Origin: Bdellovibrionota bacterium
Lineage (GTDB): Bacteria; Bdellovibrionota_C; UBA2361; JBGSMV01
Reading direction: 5' to 3'
DNA: 64,000 nt
Assembly: GCA_041739995.1 (NCBI GenBank)
Contig: JBGSMV010000043.1
Coordinates: 24,471 to 88,470, forward strand
Below the pieces are notes generated by a model that was not told where the DNA came from, made no database searches, and worked only from the letters and a program-made list of their open reading frames with translations. Every line of letters begins with the position of its first letter. Within the stretch, counting starts at the first letter, position 1. Of this stretch, positions 19,116-28,261 are shown piece by piece. The position numbers and the translations under genes are program-made.

Positions 19116-19511
19116 ATGAAGTACATACGTCGTTCAGGGATCTACTTTGCACTTGCTCTCTCATTCGGAGTCGTGACTGCGGCTCACGTAGCTGTTGCTC
19201 AAGAACGCAGAGTTTCTGGAGCCCAGGAAGATCTCGCTACTCTTGGAGCCGCGATTGAACAGGCTACCGGTGCAGTCTTCTCAAGAAAGGAACTTAAACT
19301 CCTCACCGAGATCGATCCACTTCCGCCAGTGAACACTCAGGGAACCGAGCCTGCGAACCACCAATCGGGCGATCCCTTCACACGTTGCATGGGCGGGTGT
19401 GATGCAGCTCACGCCTCTTGTCTTAATCGCCTGTGGTTCTTTGTACAGTTTCGCTGCAACAACTTAAGGCAAAACTGTCAGATGGCTTGCGCCATAGACG
19501 CACTCGATTGA
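19116..19511 (+). CDS. Secreted protein with six-cysteine C-terminal domain
   Basis: ATG 19116 after AGAGG; signal peptide (AVA|Q); C-terminal CX3CX6C-X11-CX6CX3C. Confidence 0.75.
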   Translation: MKYIRRSGIYFALALSFGVVTAAHVAVAQERRVSGAQEDLATLGAAIEQATGAVFSRKELKLLTEIDPLPPVNTQGTEPANHQSGDPFTRCMGGCDAAHASCLNRLWFFVQFRCNNLRQNCQMACAIDALD

Positions 19512-19572
19512 TGACCTGCCACCCGAGAGTGTCTGCAGTTTAGAATGCGAAGAAGTAAGGGCTAACAGAGCT

Positions 19573-20898
19573 TTAAGATCTCCGTTGCACCTTATTCTGC
19601 GATTTCCTCAAAGCCTCAAGCGGCGCAATAAAATGCTGCTCCACTCCACGTTCGCTCGGATTATAGAAAGTCTGATCCGCAATCTCATCAGGGAGATACT
19701 GCTCGCCATACACCGTACCTTGGGCCGCATCATGCGGATATTGATAACCTTCACCGTATCCAAGTTCTCGCATGAGCGCCGTGGGCGCATTCCGAAGGTG
19801 AGCCGGCACCGATGTTTTTGGGCTGCGTTCAATCACGGCGCGCACTTGCTTCATTGCTTGATAGGACCGATTAGATTTCGGCGCGCAGGCCAGATAGCAA
19901 ATACACTGCGCAATCGGAATACTGCCTTCCGGCATGCCAATACGCTCGAATGCTTCGCTGGTCGAAACTGCAATTGTCAGTGCGCGCGGATCTGCGTTTC
20001 CGATATCCTCGCTGGCAAAAATTATCATGCGACGAATAACAAAACGGGGATCTTCTCCGGAATCTATCATGCGGAATCCCCAATATAGGGCCGCATCAGG
20101 GTCGGAGCCGCGCAGACTCTTAATAAAGGCCGAGGCAATATTATAGTGCTCTTCGCCTCCACGATCATAAAAGCGCTTACCGTCCGTGCTCAGAAAATTC
20201 TCAAGCACCTCACGCGACAACGTTCCGCCTGACACCACCGCACCAGTCTGCACAAGGGCTTCTAGGGTATTAAGCAACTGCCGCGCATCACCGCCACACA
20301 GCTGCGAAAGCAATGACTCGACCTCAGCACCCACAGAAACACCAAGCGCTTGAGCGGCACGCGTGAGAATCTCGAACAGGGCTGGTACCCCGAGCTCAGG
20401 CAGCACCACTACGCGCGCGCGTGAGCGAATGGCATTCGTCAAATAAAAGGACGGGTTCTCAGTCGTGGCGCCAATTAAAATGAAAGTGCCGGCTTCGACG
20501 TGTGGAAGAAAAGCATCTTGCTGGGCTTTGGTAAGGCGGTGGATCTCATCTACAAAAAGAATCGTGGCCTTCACTTCCTTTTTTGCAGTGTTCGCTATCT
20601 CACGAATCTCTTTGACCCCCACCAGCACCGCCGAGACCTCGACGAAGACAGCGTCGAAACATTTTCCCACAAGTCGCGCCAATGTGGTCTTTCCAGAACC
20701 GGGCGGCCCCCACAAAATCAATGACGGCGGCCTCCCTCGCCCAGAACGCAACTGTTCAATCAAGCGCTGATCAAGGCCACTCAAGCCTTGAAAATCTTCC
20801 CAGGTTTGCGGACGCATACGCTCGGCAAGCGGCGCGTCGGCACGCGTTTGTCTTTTTGGCCGGTCCTCTGGGAATAGGTCTAACGTCTTATCTGTCAT
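19573..20898 (-). CDS. rarA: Replication-associated recombination protein A (MgsA)
   Basis: PLAERMRP, WGPPGSGKTT, VDEIHR, GATTENP, SAFIKSLRGSDPDAA, ASEDIGNADP. Confidence 0.95.
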   Translation of the reverse strand: MTDKTLDLFPEDRPKRQTRADAPLAERMRPQTWEDFQGLSGLDQRLIEQLRSGRGRPPSLILWGPPGSGKTTLARLVGKCFDAVFVEVSAVLVGVKEIREIANTAKKEVKATILFVDEIHRLTKAQQDAFLPHVEAGTFILIGATTENPSFYLTNAIRSRARVVVLPELGVPALFEILTRAAQALGVSVGAEVESLLSQLCGGDARQLLNTLEALVQTGAVVSGGTLSREVLENFLSTDGKRFYDRGGEEHYNIASAFIKSLRGSDPDAALYWGFRMIDSGEDPRFVIRRMIIFASEDIGNADPRALTIAVSTSEAFERIGMPEGSIPIAQCICYLACAPKSNRSYQAMKQVRAVIERSPKTSVPAHLRNAPTALMRELGYGEGYQYPHDAAQGTVYGEQYLPDEIADQTFYNPSERGVEQHFIAPLEALRKSQNKVQRRS

Positions 20899-20906
20899 GA
20901 ACTTCT

Positions 20907-22307
20907 CTATGAGGGAGCAGAGAGCTCTTCAAGCATCTTTGAAGCATACAAGAACCCAAGTTCAAACTGTGAGAGCGCGAACGATTCATTTGGTGCATGC
21001 GCCTTATCGCTTTCAAGCGCAAAACCAACTAACAACGGCGTAGCTCCTGCCACATCGGCCAGTCGCTCGACTACTGGAATCGAGCCGCCCTCCCAGGTGA
21101 ATTGAGTCTTAGCGGATGAAAGTTGATCAAGAACCTTGCGTGCTCTTGAAATCAACGGGTCTGTGCTCGAAAGCGCAACGGCCCTCCCTCCGACGTGTTT
21201 TGAAATAACGCTGAACTCCAGGCCATCGGGCGCTTTCGAACGCAGAAAATCTTCGAGCAGCGTAAGGCACCGCTCAGCGTTCTGATCACTCACCAAACGC
21301 GACGTGATCTTGCAGGTCGCAGTCGAAGGGATAATGGTCTTCCCTCCGGGACCCTGGTACCCAGAATAGAGTCCGTTTACCTCAATCGTTGGTCGCATCC
21401 CACGTCTTTCTGCCGGTGGAAGATTCACTTCTCCGCCTTTAGCTTCAACTCCAACCATGGCTTTAAATACCTCAGCTGGCGGCCACGGGGCGTTGGCAAG
21501 AGCGCGGTCGTCTGAGGAGAACTCTTTCACTTCGTCGTAGTATCCAGGGACAAGAATGCGCCCATCGGGCCCATGCAAAGCAGCGATCAGTCGCGCCATT
21601 TCTGTGGCGGGGTTTCGCACCACTCCGCCCAAAGCTCCAGAATGAAGATCGTGATGCAACCCACCGAGTTTGACTTCAATCGAAACCAGACCTCTTAAGC
21701 CCATGGTGATAAAAGGCACACCTGGCATTAAAGCTCCCGTATCGCACACCATCAGAACATCGCTCTTCAATTTCGGAGCCCACTCGACGAGCTTTTCTGA
21801 TATTCCCTCGCTGCCACACTCCTCTTCACCTTCGAGAACGACAGTGACTCCACACCCAAGCTCCCCAAGCTTAATCAAGCGCTCCAGTGCTTTGAGAAAG
21901 TACATAGTCTGCCCCTTGTTGTCAGAAGAGCCGCGCGCATACAGCCGCCCTTCGCGAAGTTCTGGGGTAAAGGGAGCAGAGATCCAATCCTCTAGCGGGT
22001 CTACTGGCTGAACATCGTAGTGCCCGTAATAGAGCACTTGCGGCTTACCCTTGGGGGCGGGGATATTTCCGAACACCACTGGCTTCCCTGGTGTCTCCAG
22101 CAACTGAGCTTTCAGTCCAATCTTGGTCAGGTACTCAACCGTCCATTGAGCACAGTGCTCGCAATCTTTGGCATACGCTGGGTCTGTGCTTATGCTCGAA
22201 AACCCCAACCAAGCCTTCCAGTCGGCTAGAATCTCTTCAGTCTTGCTCTCAAAATATCCGCGAAGTTCTTCAACTGTGGCCATCTCTCTCCTGGGGGAAT
22301 GGGACAA
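20907..22307 (-). CDS. M20 family dipeptidase
   Basis: YGHYDVQP, YARGSSDNKGQ, EGEEE, DLHSG, GGSIP, HAPNE. Start may be the second Met. Confidence 0.92.
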   Translation of the reverse strand: MSHSPRREMATVEELRGYFESKTEEILADWKAWLGFSSISTDPAYAKDCEHCAQWTVEYLTKIGLKAQLLETPGKPVVFGNIPAPKGKPQVLYYGHYDVQPVDPLEDWISAPFTPELREGRLYARGSSDNKGQTMYFLKALERLIKLGELGCGVTVVLEGEEECGSEGISEKLVEWAPKLKSDVLMVCDTGALMPGVPFITMGLRGLVSIEVKLGGLHHDLHSGALGGVVRNPATEMARLIAALHGPDGRILVPGYYDEVKEFSSDDRALANAPWPPAEVFKAMVGVEAKGGEVNLPPAERRGMRPTIEVNGLYSGYQGPGGKTIIPSTATCKITSRLVSDQNAERCLTLLEDFLRSKAPDGLEFSVISKHVGGRAVALSSTDPLISRARKVLDQLSSAKTQFTWEGGSIPVVERLADVAGATPLLVGFALESDKAHAPNESFALSQFELGFLYASKMLEELSAPS

Positions 22308-22671
22308 GTCTCCGTGACTGGTCTTGGTTGTAGTTTAGTAATTCTAACCCTACCTTTCAAAAAGTAAGAACTATCGCTTGGGTTGAGGGAAGCAGCAGAG
22401 CAACTCTCAAGAGGCTCTCTAGCCCCTATGAGCCGGGAAAGGGAGAAAAAGTTCGGATAGAGTATCCCCGCCAGGCCGACCGACCTTGGCTCGATCCCAG
22501 GTCTTCCTGCGCCCAAACTTGCCCAGAAAATCGTACCAATTAATCCGAACGCCAGTTGCGCTCTCTAAGAACCCCGTCTAAGAATCGATAGATAGTTTCA
22601 CTGTCCGAGAGATTACCGACTTCCTTAATAGATGGCGCTTTGGATATACCGTCAGGTTATTTAGGCACTAT

Positions 22672-22706
22672 CTAACCGGATTCACGATTTGGCTAACCGG
22701 ATTCAC
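22672..22706 (+). repeat. 14-bp direct repeat with 21-bp period upstream of pal
   Basis: CTAACCGGATTCAC at 22672 and 22693. Confidence 0.6.
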
Positions 22707-22721
22707 AACTTAGGTTTATTT

Positions 22722-23276
22722 ATGACCACCAGACTTCGCATCCCGTTCTATCTCACACTCGCCCGTCTCGTATTGGTATGTGCTGCCTGTGCGCTGCTCG
22801 TGACTGGATGTTCATCAAAGGGCAAGGGAGCAAAGGGTGCTGATGGCTCAGATCTCTCTGAAGCTGCATTGAACGCAGAGCGCGAGGGACGCTTTGGCGA
22901 AGGTGGCATTCCTAACGCTGAAGGGGAGAGCATGTTTAGAAACGTGCCATTTGGATTTGACTCAGCAGAGCTCGACTCATTCTCCCGCCAAAATGTAGAA
23001 TTCAACGCTGAGATTCTTCGTGAGTACCCGAACTTAAGAATCGTACTCGAGGGGCATGCTGATGAACGCGGTACCGTAGAATACAACTTAGCACTTGGCG
23101 CAGAGCGTGCCCGATCCGTGCGTGAAGTACTCGTATCACTTGGCATCTCGCCCTCTCGCTTAGAAACAGTGAGCTATGGTGAAGAAGTTCCTCTCGACCC
23201 TGCACATGATGAAACTGCTTGGGAAAAAAACCGTCGCGTGCATTTCTCTGCATACAGCGATCAAGCTCGGCGATAG
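22722..23276 (+). CDS. pal: Peptidoglycan-associated lipoprotein (OmpA C-like)
   Basis: Lipobox VTG|C; FGFDS, EGHADERGTVEYNLALG, SYGEE, NRR. Confidence 0.9.
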   Translation: MTTRLRIPFYLTLARLVLVCAACALLVTGCSSKGKGAKGADGSDLSEAALNAEREGRFGEGGIPNAEGESMFRNVPFGFDSAELDSFSRQNVEFNAEILREYPNLRIVLEGHADERGTVEYNLALGAERARSVREVLVSLGISPSRLETVSYGEEVPLDPAHDETAWEKNRRVHFSAYSDQARR

Positions 23277-23515
23277 CGCTACTCAAGTAGAGTCGAACCG
23301 ACTAAGCGCTCTGCAGTAGTGTCCCGAGTCAGAAGTGAATTGCATAATAGAAAACCTGGTGGCTCGGGCCACTAGGCATAGTTGTTTTGACTCCGGACTC
23401 CTGTCCTTCGTCAAACTCGCTCCAAGCTCCTTTCCCGCGACGAGCGGCGCCAAATCTAGTTCGCTTCGCGTACTTACGCTTTGCTCCAGTCCGCGGTCGG
23501 ACATCCTGTCCTCTC

Positions 23516-23555
23516 CTATCACGGTCGTGAAAAGAGTTTTTAATGACCGTGATAG
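23516..23555. other. Stem-loop in the pal-dxs intergenic region
   Basis: CTATCACGGTC ... GACCGTGATAG 11-bp perfect arms, extendable inwards. Confidence 0.5.
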
Positions 23556-23773
23556 AAGGCTCAGAGCCGCAGCGTTCGGAGGATGCGGATCAACTCGTAT
23601 CCAGGGTGAACCTGCGCGGTGATGCCCAAGAAGGGCCTCCCCCTTCCATCTATCGCATTTTCATGGGTGTTTCTGGCTGTTTGCCTCAAAAACGAGCCCC
23701 CGTTATACTTCGCTGGTTCTAGACCTCTAGGTCTAAATTTCATTAGCGAACGAGGAAATCGGGAAATACCTCC

Positions 23774-25840
23774 GTGAATGCAAAACCCCTCACCACTGCT
23801 TCAGGCGACACGTCGGCCATGAATGGAGCTGCTCCTCGCACCCTGATTAACTCACTCGACCTCCCCAAAGGGCTCCGTAAACTCTCCATAGCGCAACTTG
23901 AGCAGGTCAGCCAAGAACTACGGGACGAACTAATCGACTGCATTTCAAACGCCGGTGGACATTTCGCCTCTAGTCTCGGCACCACAGAACTTTCCGTAGT
24001 CCTTCACCACCTTTTCGAGACTCCTAAAGATCGTCTTATCTGGGACGTCGGACATCAGGGCTATATCCATAAGATGCTGACCGGCCGTCGCTCTCGGCTT
24101 AGCTCCATTCGAAAGCGTGGTGGAATTTCTGGATTCCTGAAACGTTCGGAATCCGAGTTCGACGTGTTTGGTGCCGGGCATGCCGGAACCAGCATCTCCG
24201 CAGCCGTTGGCATTAGCGCAGCTCTGCACGAACAAAAATCCGATGCATATACAGTTTCAGTTATTGGCGACGGATCCATGACTGCCGGTATGGCATTCGA
24301 GGCTCTGAATCATGCCGGGTCTCTCGGACTGAAACGATTTATCGTGGTTCTCAACGACAACGAAATGTCGATTTCACCCAATGTCGGCGCGCTTAGCTGG
24401 TTGTTTTCTACTGCGGTTACGTCGAAGACTTCGACCTTACTTCGCTCTCGCTTCAAGGATTTATTCAAGCAGGGCTACGTCCCGGAAGTTCTTTACAAGG
24501 CGATCGATCGCGCCGAAGAAGTTACCCAAGGGTTTTTCTCCAGTGCGTCGATGTTATTCGAAGCTTTTGGTTTTCGTTACATTGGTCCCGTTGATGGGCA
24601 CAACGTGTCAGATCTTGTCACCGCGCTTGCTCGCGCAAAGGACCAGGACGTTCCTGTGCTGGTCCATGCCTATACCACCAAAGGCAAGGGTTACGAGCCC
24701 GCAGAACAAGACCCCATTACCTGGCACGGAGTGTCTCCTTTTGATCGCTCACGCGGTGAGTTCCACAGACCCTCCGCTCCTCCGGTAAAAAAAATCCCCT
24801 CCTACACCCAAGTCTTCTCGGACACGCTTATCTCAATCGCCAAGGAACGATCCAATGTCGTTGCCATCACTGCGGCCATGGCGGGCGGCACTGGGCTTGA
24901 TAAATTTCAAAAGGAACTTCCTCAACAGTTCTATGACGTCGGTATCTGCGAACAACACGCGGTAACTTTTGCGGCTGGGCTTGCATGTGAAGGACAGCGC
25001 CCCGTCTGCGCTATCTATTCAACCTTTCTGCAACGCGGCTACGATCAAGTAGTCCATGACGTGTGCATTCAAAGTCTGCCGGTGGTGTTTGCCATGGATC
25101 GTGGTGGTGTCGTAGGAAATGACGGAGAGACGCATCAGGGCGTATTCGATATTGCTTTCCTCAGAACACTTCCCCACATCGTCTTAATGTCACCAAAAGA
25201 TGAAAATGAGTTGCGACACATGCTCCACACCGCAACCTTGACTGATGGACCTGTTGGGCTGCGCTACCCTCGCGGTAATGGCTGTGGTGTGGCGCTTGAT
25301 GAAACATTACAAAAACTTCCGATAGGAAAAGCAGAAGTCATGTCGCGCGGGTCTGAGGTGCTCTTTTTGTGCTATGGCCCACTTACCTATCGCGGTCTTG
25401 AAGCCGCTGCGCGCCTTCATGAAGAATACGGAATTTCAGCAACCGTAATAAATGCGCGCTTCGCAAAGCCGTTGGACGAGGAGCTCTTTTCAGAAGAGAT
25501 TCCTCGGCATCGACTTGTTTGCACCCTGGAAGATCATGCGATTCAAGGCGGATTCGGGAGCGCGGTGTTAGAATTCGCGAACGACGCTCACCTGATACTT
25601 GATCAGCCAATCTTGCGATTTGGCGTGCGAGACGCTTACGTCACGCATGCCAGCCAAGATGAGCAGCACACAATGAATGGCTACGACTGCGACACGATCG
25701 TACGTCTTGTAGGGCAAGCTCTCGGAGCTACTGGAAGAGCTTCGGGTCCACTTTCAATCGCGGAAACCTCTTCCTCCGACAAACGCGAGAATTTGGAACA
25801 CGCCCACCGGGACTCTCCGCCGCTTGCTAAAGCAGTTTAG
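23774..25840 (+). CDS. dxs: 1-deoxy-D-xylulose-5-phosphate synthase
   Basis: GGHFASSLG, WDVGHQGY, GDGSMTAGMAFEALN, DVGICEQH, IYSTFLQR, RYPRG. Confidence 0.97.
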   Translation: MNAKPLTTASGDTSAMNGAAPRTLINSLDLPKGLRKLSIAQLEQVSQELRDELIDCISNAGGHFASSLGTTELSVVLHHLFETPKDRLIWDVGHQGYIHKMLTGRRSRLSSIRKRGGISGFLKRSESEFDVFGAGHAGTSISAAVGISAALHEQKSDAYTVSVIGDGSMTAGMAFEALNHAGSLGLKRFIVVLNDNEMSISPNVGALSWLFSTAVTSKTSTLLRSRFKDLFKQGYVPEVLYKAIDRAEEVTQGFFSSASMLFEAFGFRYIGPVDGHNVSDLVTALARAKDQDVPVLVHAYTTKGKGYEPAEQDPITWHGVSPFDRSRGEFHRPSAPPVKKIPSYTQVFSDTLISIAKERSNVVAITAAMAGGTGLDKFQKELPQQFYDVGICEQHAVTFAAGLACEGQRPVCAIYSTFLQRGYDQVVHDVCIQSLPVVFAMDRGGVVGNDGETHQGVFDIAFLRTLPHIVLMSPKDENELRHMLHTATLTDGPVGLRYPRGNGCGVALDETLQKLPIGKAEVMSRGSEVLFLCYGPLTYRGLEAAARLHEEYGISATVINARFAKPLDEELFSEEIPRHRLVCTLEDHAIQGGFGSAVLEFANDAHLILDQPILRFGVRDAYVTHASQDEQHTMNGYDCDTIVRLVGQALGATGRASGPLSIAETSSSDKRENLEHAHRDSPPLAKAV

Positions 25841-25972
25841 TGGGCCTTACGTAATAATTCTCCCGAAAGCGTTCAACATTAGATATCTCTACGCGGTCGG
25901 ATCTTGGGCTGGTAACAGTAGAGCGTGCTCGATCTCTCCGCCTCAACTCAATTCGCTCTTCGTCCAAGAAAA

Positions 25973-26446
25973 CTATTCTTCCTTTTTATTAATCTCAATC
26001 AGATGCTGACTTTGCTCAGTGTAGCTCGTGTGGCACTCATCAATCGTACGAGTCTTCTCCTCGCAGTATCGACGAAAACTTTCAAGCTCAGCCGAAGAGA
26101 AACCAACTCCACCGTTCCGTTTGTGTTCGTCGCTCTCTCGACGCAGTCTTCGCGCTAGTTCAGAGCGCGGAGCAAGCGGCGCCGTTATAATTTCCGAAGT
26201 TCCAATGTCCGTAGCTGCCTCGGAAGATGCCTCAGGAGATGCCATAGAAGGTTCCTGAGCAGTCGTCTCTGGACGCACCCGAATGACTCTCTTCGATTCT
26301 TCAACAGAGTTCTTGATAGTCCCCGTGCAAGGTAGATTCGTCCATTTGCCGTCACATTCGTGCAACTCTCCGTATGCAATGCTGGTCCCAAAAGCGGGAA
26401 CAATCGTCAAAACGAAGAGCAACTTTCTTACGCACTGAATTTTCAT
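25973..26446 (-). CDS. Secreted hypothetical protein (DUF4124-like N-terminus)
   Basis: ATG 26446 with AGGAGG RBS; signal peptide; ELHECDGKWTNLPC. Confidence 0.65.
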   Translation of the reverse strand: MKIQCVRKLLFVLTIVPAFGTSIAYGELHECDGKWTNLPCTGTIKNSVEESKRVIRVRPETTAQEPSMASPEASSEAATDIGTSEIITAPLAPRSELARRLRRESDEHKRNGGVGFSSAELESFRRYCEEKTRTIDECHTSYTEQSQHLIEINKKEE

Positions 26447-26731
26447 TGCACGCCTCCTATCCAAATTCCCTAGCTGATCCGCTGTAACCCACAGCGCTCT
26501 GCCAATGGTACTTATATCGAGCTGCACGAACCAGACAATCTTATGACCCTGAAGCCCAGGCGTTCAGAATTGGGATCGCGGTTTTAGTAGAGCCTTTGAG
26601 ATTCTTCGTGCTCAAGTTTCGCCTACTGGGATATAACCTTCAGGCTTAGCGTTGACGAACTTTTACACATTCTGTCCCGGTGGCTTAAGCAGCTGGCTGT
26701 CATTAGCGGTAAAACCACAACCGCGTGCCAG

Positions 26732-27085
26732 ATGCGGTTAGGGAACAAGAGAGGATCTATGGATGCGCGTACACTAAGGCGAAACTTCGTTATCAGCCTA
26801 TTCATCGGCTTGCGAGTCTTATGGCCCATCTTGTCGGGCCTGCTGATGCTTATGGCCGCGCTCGGCAGTGTCATCGGTTGGCTTGAAGGTTGGAGAGTTT
26901 CAGAGGCGATCTATTTTACCCTAGTAACCAGCTTGACGGTTGGCTACGGCGATCTTGTTCCATCCATGTTGAGCACACGCTTGCTCGCCATTCTCATTGG
27001 GATCTGTGGAGTAATATTTTCTGCACTTTTAGCAGCAGTTGCTGTTAAGGCGTTCGTAGTAAACAAACCGGGAGGTGAATCGTGA
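26732..27085 (+). CDS. Minimal two-TM potassium channel family protein (Ion_trans_2)
   Basis: YFTLVTSLTVGYGDLVP selectivity filter flanked by two TM helices. Confidence 0.88.
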   Translation: MRLGNKRGSMDARTLRRNFVISLFIGLRVLWPILSGLLMLMAALGSVIGWLEGWRVSEAIYFTLVTSLTVGYGDLVPSMLSTRLLAILIGICGVIFSALLAAVAVKAFVVNKPGGES

Positions 27086-27393
27086 AGCACTCCAGGGTAT
27101 CACTTACAAGTCGGCTGGGTGTTTAGTATTCAAACGACCGCTCACAATCAAATGGCACCTTCTGGCGACGAAGTCATAGCGCTTGGGTGGATGCATAATA
27201 GGTCCGTAAATCCTGGTGCGGGTTACGTGCATTCTTCGGCAGACTCTTTGCGACCTTTTCCTACCTAGATCCCAGACCAGAGACGGGCTCCCACGCACCT
27301 CATCCTGCGGCGAGCCTGTTGAACGATAGGACAGTGTCGAAAAAAAGGGCAGTACGGCGTGGAAATTTCGCTGCCATTCTAGGTAGTTAGCAA

Positions 27394-27409
27394 TGGCGTG
27401 GTGCTTGCA
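27394..27409 (+). promoter_or_regulatory. Probable sigma54 promoter
   Basis: TGGCGTG-GTGC-TTGCA with correct GG-N10-GC spacing, about 95 bp upstream of ATG 27504. Confidence 0.55.
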
Positions 27410-27503
27410 ATGAACAATTATCGGGGTGGCATGGAGCAATTTCGTAGTTGCTATGGATTATTCTCAGAGCACCGCGCTGACTGTTGTTTAAGGTGTGTAG
27501 CGT

Positions 27504-27956
27504 ATGTCTTCTAAAGATACTGGCACTTTCTCTCTCGGACTACGAAGCTTACAGCTTCTAGTTGATAGTCTATTCGACGGCTGCGGCGGAGCTGATGCTC
27601 TTCAGTTGCTGGATCAGCTCGGCGATTTAAACCAGAAGGAACAACGATCGACTCTGGCACTCTTCTCGAAAGTGCTCTCACGACTAGTTGAGCACGGCGA
27701 ACGGCTCAGTGACAAAGATGAGTCCGGCCTGCAAGATTTCGAAGAAGCACTTTACAAAGAACTTCTAAGCTCAATGCGAGAAGCTGAGCAGATTGATTCT
27801 GATACTGCTTCCAATATCGAAAATTCTGATATCTCTGGTTCTCGTCGTCCGATCCGCCGACTCAAATTAGTTGGCGCTAAAACAGACGTGCCTGCCGAGA
27901 TCCTCCCGCTGGACCTTGACGCAGCAAGACGCCGTCGCGTAGCGCGCATTAACTAG
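27504..27956 (+). CDS. Hypothetical helical cytoplasmic protein
   Basis: 150-aa ORF with protein-like composition, preceded by a sigma54-like promoter. Confidence 0.65.
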   Translation: MSSKDTGTFSLGLRSLQLLVDSLFDGCGGADALQLLDQLGDLNQKEQRSTLALFSKVLSRLVEHGERLSDKDESGLQDFEEALYKELLSSMREAEQIDSDTASNIENSDISGSRRPIRRLKLVGAKTDVPAEILPLDLDAARRRRVARIN

Positions 27957-28261
27957 AGCTCTATCCAATTCTGAGAAAAGAACTACTTCGGTGGGTGCTG
28001 AAGCTGGGTGAAATCCCCTCGCGCATCGAATATTTCACGAGCAATCGCATCCTCAGGTCGAGCAGTCAGGCCTTCAAGCCCTTGAGTATTGACGACATGC
28101 CTTGCCAGCAATTGCGCATCGCTTGGGCGCTTCGCATCCGAATGACCCACGAGCTCCTGCTTTCGTGGCGACCAGATGCCATCTAGAGGCGCATTCTGTG
28201 AAAAGGAAGGCATGGGGAGAGTATGCAAAAGGTCGCGATAGATGGCAAACGAAACTCAATG

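Noticed and set aside
27983..28228. Possible 81-aa minus-strand gene
   Set aside because: No motif or clear RBS; unresolved.
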